Positions 12,847-26,081 of a stretch of 64,000 nucleotides of DNA are shown here, piece after piece. Source of the DNA: Adineta vaga (Eukaryota; Animalia; Rotifera); NCBI GenBank assembly GCA_021613535.1, contig CP075497.1, forward strand, positions 1,364,001-1,428,000, in the 5' to 3' direction. Each line of letters begins with the position of its first letter. Position 1 is the first letter of the stretch. The notes beneath the pieces are model-generated. The model was not told the origin of the DNA, searched no databases, and saw nothing but the letters and a program-made list of their open reading frames with translations. The position numbers and the translations under genes are program-made.

Positions 12847-14149
12847 ATGAATAGAATAGCAGGTATCAATTCAACAGATTCGAATCCATATTCATCAATT
12901 AAAGTAAATTAATCTTATATTTTTATTGATGTTTCATTGTTTTTCTTCATCAAGGATTCGAATATGAATGTTGTTGGATTAACATCAGATTGTACAAGTT
13001 TAGTTAATTCTCATCCATGGCGTCATCCTTATTCGAATCCTTATATCTATGATGCAGCTACAGCTGTTGCTTTAGTTGGCTATACTCCATATACAACTGG
13101 GTAAAGTATCGATATAACATTTTTTTGTTTGAGTAAAAAGAAGAATAAATGGAATCACTTAGAGAAAAAGAGAAGAATAGCCTCAAGTATAATGAAGTGA
13201 ATGTATTAGTCTCTAAACGATGCATATCTATTTCTCATATTGAACTGATGCATAGAAAATGAAGATCATTTTCCAATGAGACACATTAGAATTTGAGAAG
13301 TTATTTTCTCTTTTTGTTTTTAGTTATTCTCCTCACATGGATTTAGCTGGAAGAAGAAAAAATGCCACACGAGAAACAACAGCAACATTAAAAGCTTGGT
13401 TATATGAACATCGAAAAAATCCTTACCCAACTAAATCAGAAAAAGTTTATTTAGCTATTATGACTAAAATGACACTAACACAAGTTTCAACTTGGTTTGC
13501 AAATGCAAGAAGACGATTAAAAAAAGAAAATAAAATGACTTGGTCACCAAGAAATAGGTAAATTTATTTATTTTTCTTAGAAAAATTTTCTTTTTGTTTT
13601 CTTTTCTTAAAAAGAACAACCGATGACGATGATGATGATAGACATGATGAAGAATCCAATAGTTCTCAATCAGATAATCAGTCGAATTCTCCATCTATTC
13701 AAACCAATCAAATTCCATCATCATCATCAACAACAACAACAATTCAAAGATCATTTCATTATTTATCACCACCATTAACTATTCTTCAACATCATCAAAT
13801 TCAACCCGAAAATATTTCAACAGGTTTATCTCATTTCAATCAATCATTCATTTCAATCGAGAATCTTTTCTTTGTAGATGAAAAAAGTTTAAAAAGAAAA
13901 TTTGATGAAAATTGCTCCGAAGAAAGAAAAAAACGTTGTGGAATTTGGTCACTTGCAGATATGGCGGAAACAAATCATAATAAAAAACAAATCAATTCAA
14001 ATCAACAAGATGAACAAATAAGATCAACTTCAATTGCTTCATCATCATCATCATCTTCATCTTCTTCATCATCTTTATCTCCAACATCATCATCACAACA
14101 TTTAGAAAAAGTTCCATCAATTGTTGGTGCATTTAAACCATTTAAATGA
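12847..14149 (+). CDS. Irx: Iroquois-class TALE homeobox protein (~5 exons)
   Basis: Homeodomain [28 protein letters not shown]...[22 protein letters not shown], followed by an acidic patch and an IRO-box-like [10 protein letters not shown]. Confidence 0.95.
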
Positions 14150-15034
14150 TTTTAAAATGAACTCACTCATTATCGAGTGTCAGATAAATTCATTCCGCAT
14201 AAAATTAAACTCATTAATAAAGAAAAAAAAAGATGCCGGTCATAACAGTGAACATAAACTTATCTTTATATATCTTCTCGTCTTTATGTTGTATTTCTTT
14301 TCTCTCTCACTCTCTGTTTTTTTGTTCTTTATTCATTCGATTAATCTTTTCTTTATTCAAAACAAAATTCAATAATTCTATCAATATGAACTTTCTTTTT
14401 TTTCTTTCTCTTCTGATGAAAATCAATCTTTGATTATGTTGATATTTGTTTATATGAACAGACTTTTTCATTGACTGCAACTTATAAATATATGTGAATA
14501 TGCAGATGTTTCACTTGAGAATGATATATCTCATTAGATGAAATAGAAAGAAGAGAATTGTTTATTTAATTGAATCGAATAGATCAATTATTTATTAGAT
14601 TTACTTTTGAAATAAAAGAGAACTGCACGAAGATCGATTATTATCACCTTTTTTTTTTTTAAAGAAGTGAATCTTTATTTGATGATCAAATAAAAAGAAA
14701 AGTCAATTGAAATAAATTAACGTTTCATAGATCTCGTGATGTAATTCAGTTTATTCTTTGCGTGACCTGTCAAAGATTAAAAGAAACGTTTGTTCCATCT
14801 CACAGGTGTCTTTTTCTTTTGACTTATATTCAATAGGAGAAAAAAATTTCTTGCGAAGAAGAAAAAAAAAGATCTCTTCTATTTGGATTAATCTAAATAT
14901 TTATTTGAAATTAATCTAAACAATATTTCTCTTCTCTTTTAACAATAAATGATTGACACATTTAAAGATCAATCTAATCATCTTGAAAGATTAGACGAGA
15001 AAGAGAGAATGTCAGACTTGTTGAATGATATCTC

Positions 15035-15036
15035 GA

Positions 15037-15070
<34 letters not shown>
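15035..15070 (+). repeat. (GAAA)9 microsatellite
   Basis: Directly visible. Confidence 0.95.
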
Positions 15071-15074
<4 letters not shown>

Positions 15075-16484
15075 AACTAATCAGATATGAGAATATTCAT
15101 CTGAGAACAAAGAAAAGATTTGATTTTCATCAAAGTCAATCGAATTTTCCTTTGGGAATTCATTTTCTTTTTCTCATTATTATTATTTCAAAGATTAAAA
15201 TTAAAATTGAAACGAAAAGAAAGTGAGAATGTTATCTTAACTTATTTGTCTAGACAAATAAACAAAAACATATTCAAGTGTATCACTTTCTCTCTCTCTC
15301 ATCACCACTTCACTAAACATATCCTCAACTAGAAAATACTTTTATCCATTAAATAAATCATTTATCATATAAACTTTTAATTGTTAATAGTCGAATATTT
15401 TAACTTATTTACATTTTATGGAGATATGATTATTATTAATCACTAAATCATGTGTTTTATCGTTCAATGACGAATCGTTCGAATGGATTAATGCATCAAC
15501 TAATGGCAAAGAAGTGGAGAAATTATTGATCATTCATTAAAAGTCGCATGAATACTTTCTTTTACTTAACAATCTCTACTTAAGATAGATATAAGAAACA
15601 ATTCAATGCAGATTTTTCTAGAAATGATCAATCATGGAATTGTAAATGATTTAAAAAAAAAGAAGATATTACTATTTTCATGATTTGTGAATGTAAGGAC
15701 ATCTGTGGATTATCATTATCAGTATAGTTCTTTTTGATTCTACGAAAAATGAAGAGATAAATTATTGTCTAAAAGTTTGTATTTCTTACAGTCGTGCGTT
15801 ATCTATGACGGAATTACGGATGGAACTCATGAGTAAGAGAAAAACGACCAATTTTTCTCGTTTTTTAATAATTTTACACAAACTTTTAGATAAAAATCTT
15901 GTCTGTTCGCGGGGCTTCATGTCATGTTGTAGATGAAGCGATCTCTATTATATAGTAATTCATTTTCACTCAAAATAGATCTATAAGAACGAGCAGAGGG
16001 AATATTAGACTATTGGTGATTCATGTCAATGAATATTAGAAAACGAAAGCTTTTTTCATGATTTCCGAAAAAATCGGATGATTTATTGGCAACCCTTGAT
16101 ATTTTTTATAAGTAATTTCAAGAATTGATGTACTTGAAGGAATGGAACAACTTTGAAAAAGATATGGCAAGTTTAGTAAAATCTTCTAAAAGCGAACATT
16201 AAGATTTAGTTCTCACCCTCAAATCGTAGCAAAACAATAATTTGAACTTTTTTTTTCTATTCATTGAATCGTTTTTGTAATTAATAACAATTGAAATATG
16301 GACCATGTTTAAAAAGAGATCTGTCATCCTCTTTCTCGATTTTAAAATTTTTACATCGACAAAAGATTTCATTGGTGTAGAAATGATCCAATAGAAAGAA
16401 GAAATTTAACTAACAGATGATTTCTTTTTCCTAATCTGAATAAAAGATTTTCATTTGAAATTTCAATTCGAAAGAGAACGTTTC

Positions 16485-18475
16485 ATGGATCGAAATCTTC
16501 GTGGAAATCATCGATTTCGTTTAAATGAAGATTCCATATCAAATGATAATGGTAAATTGCATATATTTGTTAAATTAACTGATTCATGTATGAAAGCAAT
16601 TGAAACTTATATGAAACAAAATAAAAAAGGAAATTTATCAAATATTAAATTTAATTTAACTGGTGGAGTAAGATTAATTTATCGTTTATTTATTTATTTA
16701 TTTATTTTCTATTTGATTTTTATTTTCAAAGGAAATTTCAATTCCAATTAATAATAATGAAAGAAAAACATATTCTTTTCAAATTTCACCGGAAGATAAA
16801 ACACCTGAAGTATTTGAATGTATTAAACAAGTCAATCGAGAGTAAATCTTTAGAAGAAAACAGTACCGATAATTTTAGAAACTATTTTATTTTATTTAGT
16901 CAACTTGAAAGTTGTGGAACAATTGAACAACGAATAAGTATTCATGCACAAGAAGATGTTTATTCTATGACAAAAGTTAAAGTTACAGAATTTCAAAAAC
17001 ATGAAGAATTAACGAAAAAACAGTTCGTATTTATTTTTCAAAAGAATTTCAAATAAAAGATTTTTCTTTTCAAGAACGAAAGAAATTGGTGAAACTTCCA
17101 AAGCAATTTTAGAAAAGAAAACTCATAAATCATCAAATCCTCGTTCATCAATATCAACATTGAATAAAAATAAAACAAGAATTGGAACAAATCAAGATGA
17201 ACGTCTAAGTCCAATTCCAATTCCAATTCCAGTTCCAACAACAAATCAACCATCATCATTCGAAAGACCATTAAGGTTTGGGTTTCTTGATTTGATTTAT
17301 TTAATTTTGTTTTATTTTAAAGAGAAAGACTTGTTCATTTATTAGCAGCAAGAACTTATAAAAAACCCGATCTAATTGCACGATTAAAAACTGGTTTGAA
17401 AAATTTGATTTTCTTTGAAAACAAATTTCTTTTTCTATTTAAATAGAAGGTGGAATACGTGATGATGAAAAAGAACAATTAGATTCAATTTTATCTTCAA
17501 TATCAACTCAATCGAAAACTGGTGAATTTATTCTTTTAAAACAACTTTTAACAAGTGGAGAAGTTAATTATGATTGGCCTTTTTATCCAAAAGGAGAAGC
17601 AAATATTGTTCGAAAGTATTTTCAATTTCTTTTCGTATTTAATTTCACTATTTTGTTTCTCAAGAAAAATCAAAGAACTTCAAGCGAATACAACAAGATC
17701 AACAATAAATAAAACAAATAATGAAGTAAAAATTCTTTCGTTTCTTAAAAATCAAACTACTCGTTCATTTCAATAGATTACATCGAATTCAAAAAGTCTT
17801 ATATCTAATTCAAATTCTTCAATAAAACCGAAAACAATAATTTCAAATGAAAAATCTTCATTAGATAACGAAGAATCAACACAAAATCCGTTAAGTGATG
17901 AAAAAATGCAACAATGTAAAAATATATCTTTGAATATTGAAGTAAAAACTCTTTTCAATTCATTTAGTATCAGATATGTTGGATAAATTAACAAATGCAA
18001 TATCTGATAATGATAAATTTCATGAACAGTATGTTTTTTATATGTTAAATAGATAATTTTCATATGAAATTTTCGTAAATAGATTACTAAATGAAAATGA
18101 TTCAATTGATGAAAATGATTTAGATGAAATTGAAAAAGAATATCATCGTCTTGTTCCTGAATATAATCATTTAATTGATTATTTAAATGAAATTTCACAA
18201 AAATTTTCATTACTTCAACAAGAATTTCATGAAGATCAAGTTTGCTTTAATTTATTTTTTGAAAGAAAAAATTCGTTTGTTTTTTCTTTTAGAATAATGA
18301 AAAAGCGAAGAAAATTGTTGACGAATTTTTCTCATGTGAAACCAATGATGGATTTTTATTAAAACGTCAACGTGCTTTTCAATTACATAAGAAATTAAAT
18401 CATTTTCAAAAACTTTTACAAAAATCTTCTCCTACAAATTCTTTTTCTTCTGATGATGATGATGATGATAATTAA
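16485..18475 (+). CDS. ELL: RNA polymerase II elongation factor ELL
   Basis: IFVKLTDSCMKAIE in the N-terminal domain; RPLRERLVHLLAARTYKKPDL; C-terminal occludin/ELL-like helix (EKEYHRL...KRQRAFQLHKKLNH). Confidence 0.85.
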
Positions 18476-18506
18476 TTAAATCTTTTCTTTTCTTTCTTTT
18501 TCAGAT

Positions 18507-21303
18507 ATGACTTCATCAACATTTCGATTAAATCAACTTCGACAATTAATGAAATCGAAAGAATATTTTCATGATATCATTCATGCATATATTATTCCAA
18601 CAACGGATCCACATCGAGTAGATTTTCTTTTCCTTTTTAAAAAACAAAATTCTTTTTATCTTTCAAATAGAATGAATATGTTGCTGATCGATATAAAAGA
18701 AGAGAATTTATCTCAAATTTTACAGGATCAAATGGTTCTTTTTTGATTTGAGAATAAATGAAAATATTTTTCTATTTTCATTTTCAATAGGCACAGCTGT
18801 GATTACTGATAAAGATGCTCTTTTATGGACTGATGGAAGATATTTTGCTCAAGCAGAAAAAGAATTAGATTTAAATTCATGGAAATTAATGAAAGAAGGA
18901 ACAAAAGATGTTTTATCAATACCAAGTTGGATTTCTAAAGTAAAGAAAATTTATATTTAAAGAAATATTTAAAAAATATATAAATTTCAGAATTTAGAAA
19001 AGAATTCATTAATTGGTTGTGATCCACAATTAATTTCAATCAATGAATGGGAAGAATGGAATAAAACATTTGAACAAACTGATAAACAATTAGTTCCAAT
19101 TAATACTAATCTTATTGATATTTTATGGGCAAAACAAAGACCAGAATTACCAAATAATCAAATTTGGAAATATGATCTTCAATTTGCTGGTCAAATATCT
19201 TTTCGCATCTTTTTCTTGACTTTTCTTTTCATTTAGGTTTAACAATAACTGATAAATTATCTAAAGTTCGTTCAAAAATGAGTGAATATCAAGTCAATCA
19301 TTTAATTATTCATCGAACAGATGATGTTGCTTGTAAATATTTCTTTAGTTTTAATTTTCTTTCAGAGATTTTGTTTTTTAAAGGGTTATTTAATTTACGT
19401 GGTGGGGATATTCCGTTTAATCCCGTTTTTTTATCATTTGCAATTCTTTCATTTGATTCTGTCAAGTAAATTTTAATTGAAGAAATTTATATCAAAGATT
19501 TTCTTCTTTTAATTTAGATTATTTGTTGATTTAAATAAATTATCAAATGAATTAAAAAAAGATTTAGAAAAAGAAAAGATTTCGTTATTTTCCTATGATT
19601 TATTTTATGAAGAATTGAAAAACGATGTTCAATTACAAGATAAATCACAGAAATTTTGTGTATTATATTCAAAATTGAAGTTCTTTTTTTCTGTTTAAAA
19701 GAAATATTTTCTATTTAGACATCATCAATATGTAATCATGCTGTTCAAACAATAATTCCAAAAGTAAATTGACGAAAATAAAGGATTTTATTTTGAAATT
19801 TATTTTTTAAAAGAAACAATTAGTTCTTCAAGATGATATTGTTTATGATTTAAAATCAATTAAAAATGATTGCGAAATTCAAGGAATGAAATTTGCTCAT
19901 GTAAATTGCTTTTTGTTTTCGAAAGAAAGTTCTGTTTCAATTGAATTATTTAGATAAAAGATGGTGTAGCTCTTTGTTCATATTTACATTGGCTTGAAGA
20001 AAATGTATTGAATTTTTTGATAAGAATATCAAATTGTTTAGAAGAATTTCATTTGATTTAGATTGAAAATATTTCTGATATAAGCGAATGTTCAGGTGCT
20101 GAAAAATTAAGATTATTTCGAAGGTAAATTAATAAAGTATAGATGATTTTGATAGAATTTCATGTTTTAGTGAACAAATCAATTATTTGTATGATAGTTT
20201 TGAAACTATATCTGCTATTGGAAAAAATGGAGCAATTATTCATTATAAGTTCGAAATTACTTTTAGTTTAATTTTGAAGAAATGAAATGTTTTAGACCAA
20301 CAGAAGAATCTGATACAAAACTTGATAATAATCAATTATATTTAGTTGATTCAGGTGGACAATATAAGTAAAGATAGAAAAGATTTTGAATAGAACGAAA
20401 TTTTGTTTGATTTGTTTATTAAAGAGAAGGAACAACGGATGTAACACGAACAATTCATTTAGGTCAACCAACAGAATTTGAAAAGGTTTTTCTTTTCGAT
20501 TGAAAAATTTAAATTATTTTCTTGTTTTTCTTTATAAAAATCTAAAGGAATGTTTTACACGTGTTTTAAAAGGATTTATTTCATTAGCATCATGTTTATT
20601 TCCTCCCAATACAATAGGTGCACGATTAGATTCATTTGCACGTCGAGCACTTTGGGATGTTGGATTAGATTATCGACATGGCACTGGACATGGTGTTGGA
20701 TGTTGTCTTAATGTTCATGAAGGTTTCTTTTATGATATTATTTATTGTTTGATAATAAAATGTTTCTTTTTCAAAGGTCCACAATCAATTGGAACAAGAA
20801 TTCGATCGGATAACTATTTAGTTCCCGGAATGATTCTTAGTGATGGTAAAGATTTTCTTTGACAAAAAAAAACTAAAACTAAATAGTTTTCAATGAAAAA
20901 GAACCTGGTTTTTATTCTGATGATAAATTTGGTATTCGAATTGAAAATTGTGTTCTTGTTATTAAACAAAAATCTAAAGTTTGTTTTTTAAAAGGAAAAA
21001 ATGAATTTAATATTTAAAATGAAATATTTAGTATGCTTATTATAATGATGATTGGTTAACATTTGAACAATTAACAATGGTTCCAATTCAACGGAAATTA
21101 ATTCAACGTCAATTATTAACTGATGAAGAAGTTTGTTTAAATCATTTCTTAATTTGATTTTGATTTCTTTTTCTTTTTCAAAGATTAATTATATAAATGA
21201 ATATCATAAAAAAGTTTATGAATTACTTTCCAATGAAATGAAAAAACAAGGTGTTAAACAAAGTTTATTAGATTGGCTTGAAATCAATACACAACCAATT
21301 TAA
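18507..21303 (+). CDS. XPNPEP1: Xaa-Pro aminopeptidase 1 (M24B), many short introns
   Basis: Motifs ALLWTDGRY, DSGGQY.EGTTDVTRT, YRHGTGHGVG, EPGFY and GIRIEN. Confidence 0.95.
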
Positions 21304-21420
21304 TTCTTTCTCTCTTACTTGTGTTTTTAAAATTTAAATCAAACATCTTTTTAAAAGATTTCTTTTTGATGATTTTAGATCGTTTTTAATTCCTTGAATT
21401 TTATTTAGAATGGTAAATCA

Positions 21421-23534
21421 ATGTTTAATAAAATTCGAGTAAAATTCAATTGGTTTATTAAAACCAAAATTCTTTATCAAGAAATGTCAACTAAAACAAT
21501 TCGTATTGGTTTATGTCAATTAAATTCTCGTGATGATAAAGAAGAAAATTTTCGAATTGGACAAAAATTGATTAATGAAGCAAAAGAACAGAATGCTAAA
21601 GTTTGTTTTCTTTGCTAATTTGATAAGAAAAAAATTGTTTTCAAAACTGTAGATTGTATTTTTTCCTGAAGCATTCGATTATATTTGTGATTCGAAATTA
21701 GCGACAATTGAAAAAGCTGAACCAATTGATGGACCACTTATAAATGGATATCGAAAATTAGCAAAAGATAATCAATTATGGATTTCATTGGGTGGTTTTC
21801 ATGAACAAGTTCGATGTTTTTAAAAGTTAATTAATCAAAAATCTGTTTTTGTTTTCTTCGTCTTTAGACAAAAGATAAAAGTCGTATTTTAAATAGTCAT
21901 TTAATGATTAATGATCAAGGTGATATTGTTGGTCATTATTCAAAAATTCATTTATTTGATGTTCAAGCTGGCTCATTAAATATTCGAGAATCAGATTATA
22001 CACAATCTGGTTCAGTAATTCTTAATCCAATTGAAACACCATTCGGAAGAATCGCTCTTGGAATTGTTTGTTTCCCTTTCTTTTTTATAAAAGATTTGCT
22101 TCTCTATTTCTTATTTAGTGTTATGATCTTCGTTTTGTTGAATTTGCTCGTTTATTAACATCATCAGCAACAAAAGGTGCACAAATTCTGACTTATCCGA
22201 GTGCATTTACTAAACATACAGGAGAAGCTCATTGGGAAGTAAGTGACACATAAGGACTTTTTTTTTTGAGAAATATCAGAAAGAAAACTAATTAATATAA
22301 ATTCAGATTCTATTTGATAAAGTTCAATAAAACTTAAGTATAATTTGACATGAGATAATCTTTGGATTACAATAGTTATGATAAGAAGTTAATTAATTAA
22401 TATTCTATCAATCAAAATATAATTTAAAAGGATGCTTTTATTGTTTAAATAGAAAAAATGTTCAATTCAAATCATTTGTTTTATTTAGATATTACTTCGT
22501 GCACGTGCTATTGAAAATCAATGTTTTGTTATCGCTGCTGCTCAAGTTGGTTCGCATTCGAGTAAACGTGAATCTTATGGACATTCAATGGTTAGTTATC
22601 ACTGGTTTTTGTTTTCAAATGAAAATCCATTCTTTCAATAGGTTGTGGATCCATGGGGAAATATTTTATTAGATATGGGTTTAGAATATCCATCAATTCG
22701 TACAATTGATATTGATCTTGAACGTATTAAAATAATCAGAGATAAAATGCCAATTATTGAACATCGTCGACTTGATTTATATTCTTTAATATCAACAAAA
22801 AATATGATTTGTATTAAAAGGAAAAGATTATTTTCAAATGAAAAAAGAAGTCTTTTTTTCTCTTTCTTTTTCCAGTACCAATTAATAATAAAGATGACGA
22901 GAAAATCTCGTGGGGACAATTACAAATTACAGCCGGACAGATATTCTTTCGTTCAACATTATCCATGGCTTTAGTCAATAGGAAACCAGTTATACCGGGA
23001 CGTAAGTTCATATGAACATTACCGAAATAAATATCATATCTTATTTTGTTATGTTTTTATGAAATTCAGATGTGCTTGTATCGCCTATTCGTTGTGTTGA
23101 ACGATTTTCTGATTTAAATTCTGAAGAAATTCATGATTTATTTTTAAGTACACAATTAATTGCAAAAAAAATTGAAGAATTTTTTCAAGCAAAGTCATTA
23201 AGTATTGCAATACAAGATGGAGAATATGCTGGACAAACTGTTAAAGTAATGATTTTTTCTTAATTAATTTTATTTGAAGAAGAAAACAAAAACTAATGTA
23301 ATTTTTTTTAGCATGTTCATGTTCATATTCTTCCACGAAAAGCTGATGATTTCGAAGATAATGATACGATTTATCATGAGGTTTGTTTTCATAAATAATA
23401 AACAAAACATTTGAAAATTTCTTTTGAGTTTTTAGTTAGCTCATCATGATAAAAAAGAAAAAGGATGGAGAGAAGAACAAGAAATGATTAATGAAGCAAA
23501 AGTTTTTAGAAAATTATTTTATCCTGATCAATAG
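21421..23534 (+). CDS. NitFhit: Nitrilase-Fhit fusion protein (NitFhit)
   Basis: Nitrilase triad FPE / YSKIHLFD / ICYDLRF, spliced in frame (intron ~22811-22875) to Fhit: [32 protein letters not shown]. Confidence 0.92.
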
Positions 23535-24314
23535 TGATTGTTTTCATCATATCCAGAATTCGTCTTTAAATTTGATGAGACAAACTTCTGAGACTTTTTT
23601 ATATTACGAACAGAAAAATAAAATACAAAAAAATCTCATCTACATTGTTTGTAGTATGAAACGGTATTCTCATTAAAAATATCGACCTATTTAAATAATG
23701 ATAAGATCAGAAATTTAAAGAACACGAGTTTTCTGTTGTAAAACGCTGACAAAGAATATAGTATTAAGAAACCATTTTATATGAGATCATAAAGATCATT
23801 TATATGCATAATAAAGTCTATACTTACCAGTAAATACTAAAGATCAATACTGTTTACTCGTTATTACTCATGATAATTATGAATGTAAAACTATTCATTT
23901 GAAATGAATATAATTTGATTGCCTGATTTAGTTTTTAATAACAGAAGCTCTTCATAACAATTCAAATGTATGTTCCTATAGTTGAGTTTCTTATTTATTT
24001 AAATTATGCTTCATATCACAAAAGAGAATGATATAAAATGTAGATCATAAATTTTTGAAGTAGCCAAATGATTTCATATTAGAAAAGTACATTACGGGGG
24101 ATTTCGAATACAATTTAAAAAAATCAACATTATATATCATTTGTCTCATCAATTAAATTTATTTTCCATCCCATCATTGAAAGAAAAAGTAAAACTTTAT
24201 TACATAAAAACAAAGAACCAATATCATCTTTTTATTTATTTCGATAAATATATTAATAATTGAATTGTTAGTAAAAATAGTGATAGCAACACAATTATGC
24301 ACAATGGTTTAATG

Positions 24315-24698
24315 TCATGGACAATAACGTGTCATTTCTGAGACAGTACATAGAGTTTCACAGCAAGCTTCAGTAAGTAATTTTCGTCTTGAAAATCTAC
24401 GGAAACGTTTTGCATTCTGTAATTTGGGTTTGTGTTGTCCAACAACTTCACAAGCAATACTAATCATTTGCAAGAGATAAGTGCCACATGCATGATAAGC
24501 TCGATGAAGAGCACAGTCTTCCATTTTATAAAGTTTTCCTCGGATTTCAATACTTTCACCTTCGTTCAGTAAATGTCCATCGCGATTAATTGTGCAGTTT
24601 CGAACATTATTAGAAGATATAGCAGCTTGGCTCTGAATGTTTTGATTAAATACAATCAATGTTATAAGTAAAAATATGAGACAGAACATGTTGGTCAT
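24315..24698 (-). CDS. Insulin-like peptide precursor with an N-terminal extension
   Basis: Signal peptide; B-chain ACGTYLLQMISIAC; basic sites KR/RR/RRK; A-chain LTEACCETLCTVSEMTRYC. Confidence 0.9.
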   Translation of the reverse strand: MTNMFCLIFLLITLIVFNQNIQSQAAISSNNVRNCTINRDGHLLNEGESIEIRGKLYKMEDCALHRAYHACGTYLLQMISIACEVVGQHKPKLQNAKRFRRFSRRKLLTEACCETLCTVSEMTRYCP

Positions 24699-24783
24699 AA
24701 TCGAAGGAATAACGACAAGTATTGTTGAAATATAAACTAAAATATAGATGTTATATATACAAAGAGAAGAAAAAAGAAGAGTT

Positions 24784-24891
24784 TATTTATATCGGAAATG
24801 TAATAAAGAAAATATACATCATGTGTAATGAATTTTCATTATTATTATTGACAAAACCGTTAAGAGATTTTCTCAAGCTATAATGACGTCA
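24784..24891 (-). promoter_or_regulatory. Putative ILP promoter: TATA (24784-24791) and palindromic CRE TGACGTCA (24884-24891)
   Basis: Exact motifs ~90 and ~190 nt upstream of the ATG; function is inferred. Confidence 0.4.
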
Positions 24892-26081
24892 AACCATAAG
24901 CTGACAATATAAATTTATTTGAGAGAGAAAAACTTAAGACTTATATTCCTCTATTATACTAGCGAGTTGGTGTAAGTCTACAAAAGAATTTGACGCCCAA
25001 ACATAAGCATTGTTATAAAACAATATTGAGGAAAACTAAAATTATATCTTCTCCTACAAAAAAAATTAATTATTCTTTCTTTTATTATATTCATTGTGTC
25101 TGCCTGATAAGAATAACAGCTTTTAAATTGTTTTTTACAAATGCTTTTAATAATGAAAAAAGTTTTATAGAACAAAAAATGTACTATTGGTTTTTAATGT
25201 TAAAAATAAAAAATCAATGTTTCTATATACTCTTTTTTATTAAAATCTGAGTTAAATGAGTTCAAGTCTATAATGGATTACTGGGAAAACAAATACTTCA
25301 AAATTTTCTCTTCTAGACTTTTATAAATTGGTTTCTGATCACAAGTAAACATTTGGTCGCTGTAATGTATTCTATAATAACCGTGAAAGTAAAAATATGC
25401 CTGTTAACACTTAAATCTTGTGAAATGGACGTCATCAATCTATTTCCCTTTTATACCTACGAAGAAATTCGAAAAAGCACAAAACTAATTTAACATTTTT
25501 TAGGTTTTTTGTGTTATAGAAGATTCTTTTTTTTCTTTAATTAAGTACAATGATTTGAACGTTTTCGTTGTGTTTATATATTTCTGAATTTGATAAAATA
25601 TTTTTAAGAAAAATGATACTTCTCATCTGTCCATTTCACTTTAATTTATTATTGGCGGTCAGTAGTGGAGTGTATACGTCTCAATCGATTAATTACATTA
25701 TGTTGTCATTTCAATTCTAAATAATAATATATTTCTAATATATTTAGTTTTCTTTTGCTATGAAAATGAACCTGATACATGAATTGTGTGCAACTTGTTT
25801 GATGATTATAAACTTCTAAATTGTTACATTGGAATCATCAAAAAAGTAATGGAATTAGTTTTTTTTTCTCAGCTGCTTAATTCCATACTATGATATACTG
25901 TTGATTTATAGAAATTTCAACATTATGAATGATATAGACATTGTTTTTTATCTGTAAATATACGAGAAAAAGTCAATACATCTTAGTAGGTACTAATATT
26001 ATCAAAATATGATATGGTGTGTCAGTTAGAATGTAATTTTCATGAGAGGACTTACGATCATCTCAATTATTCGTTAGAATA

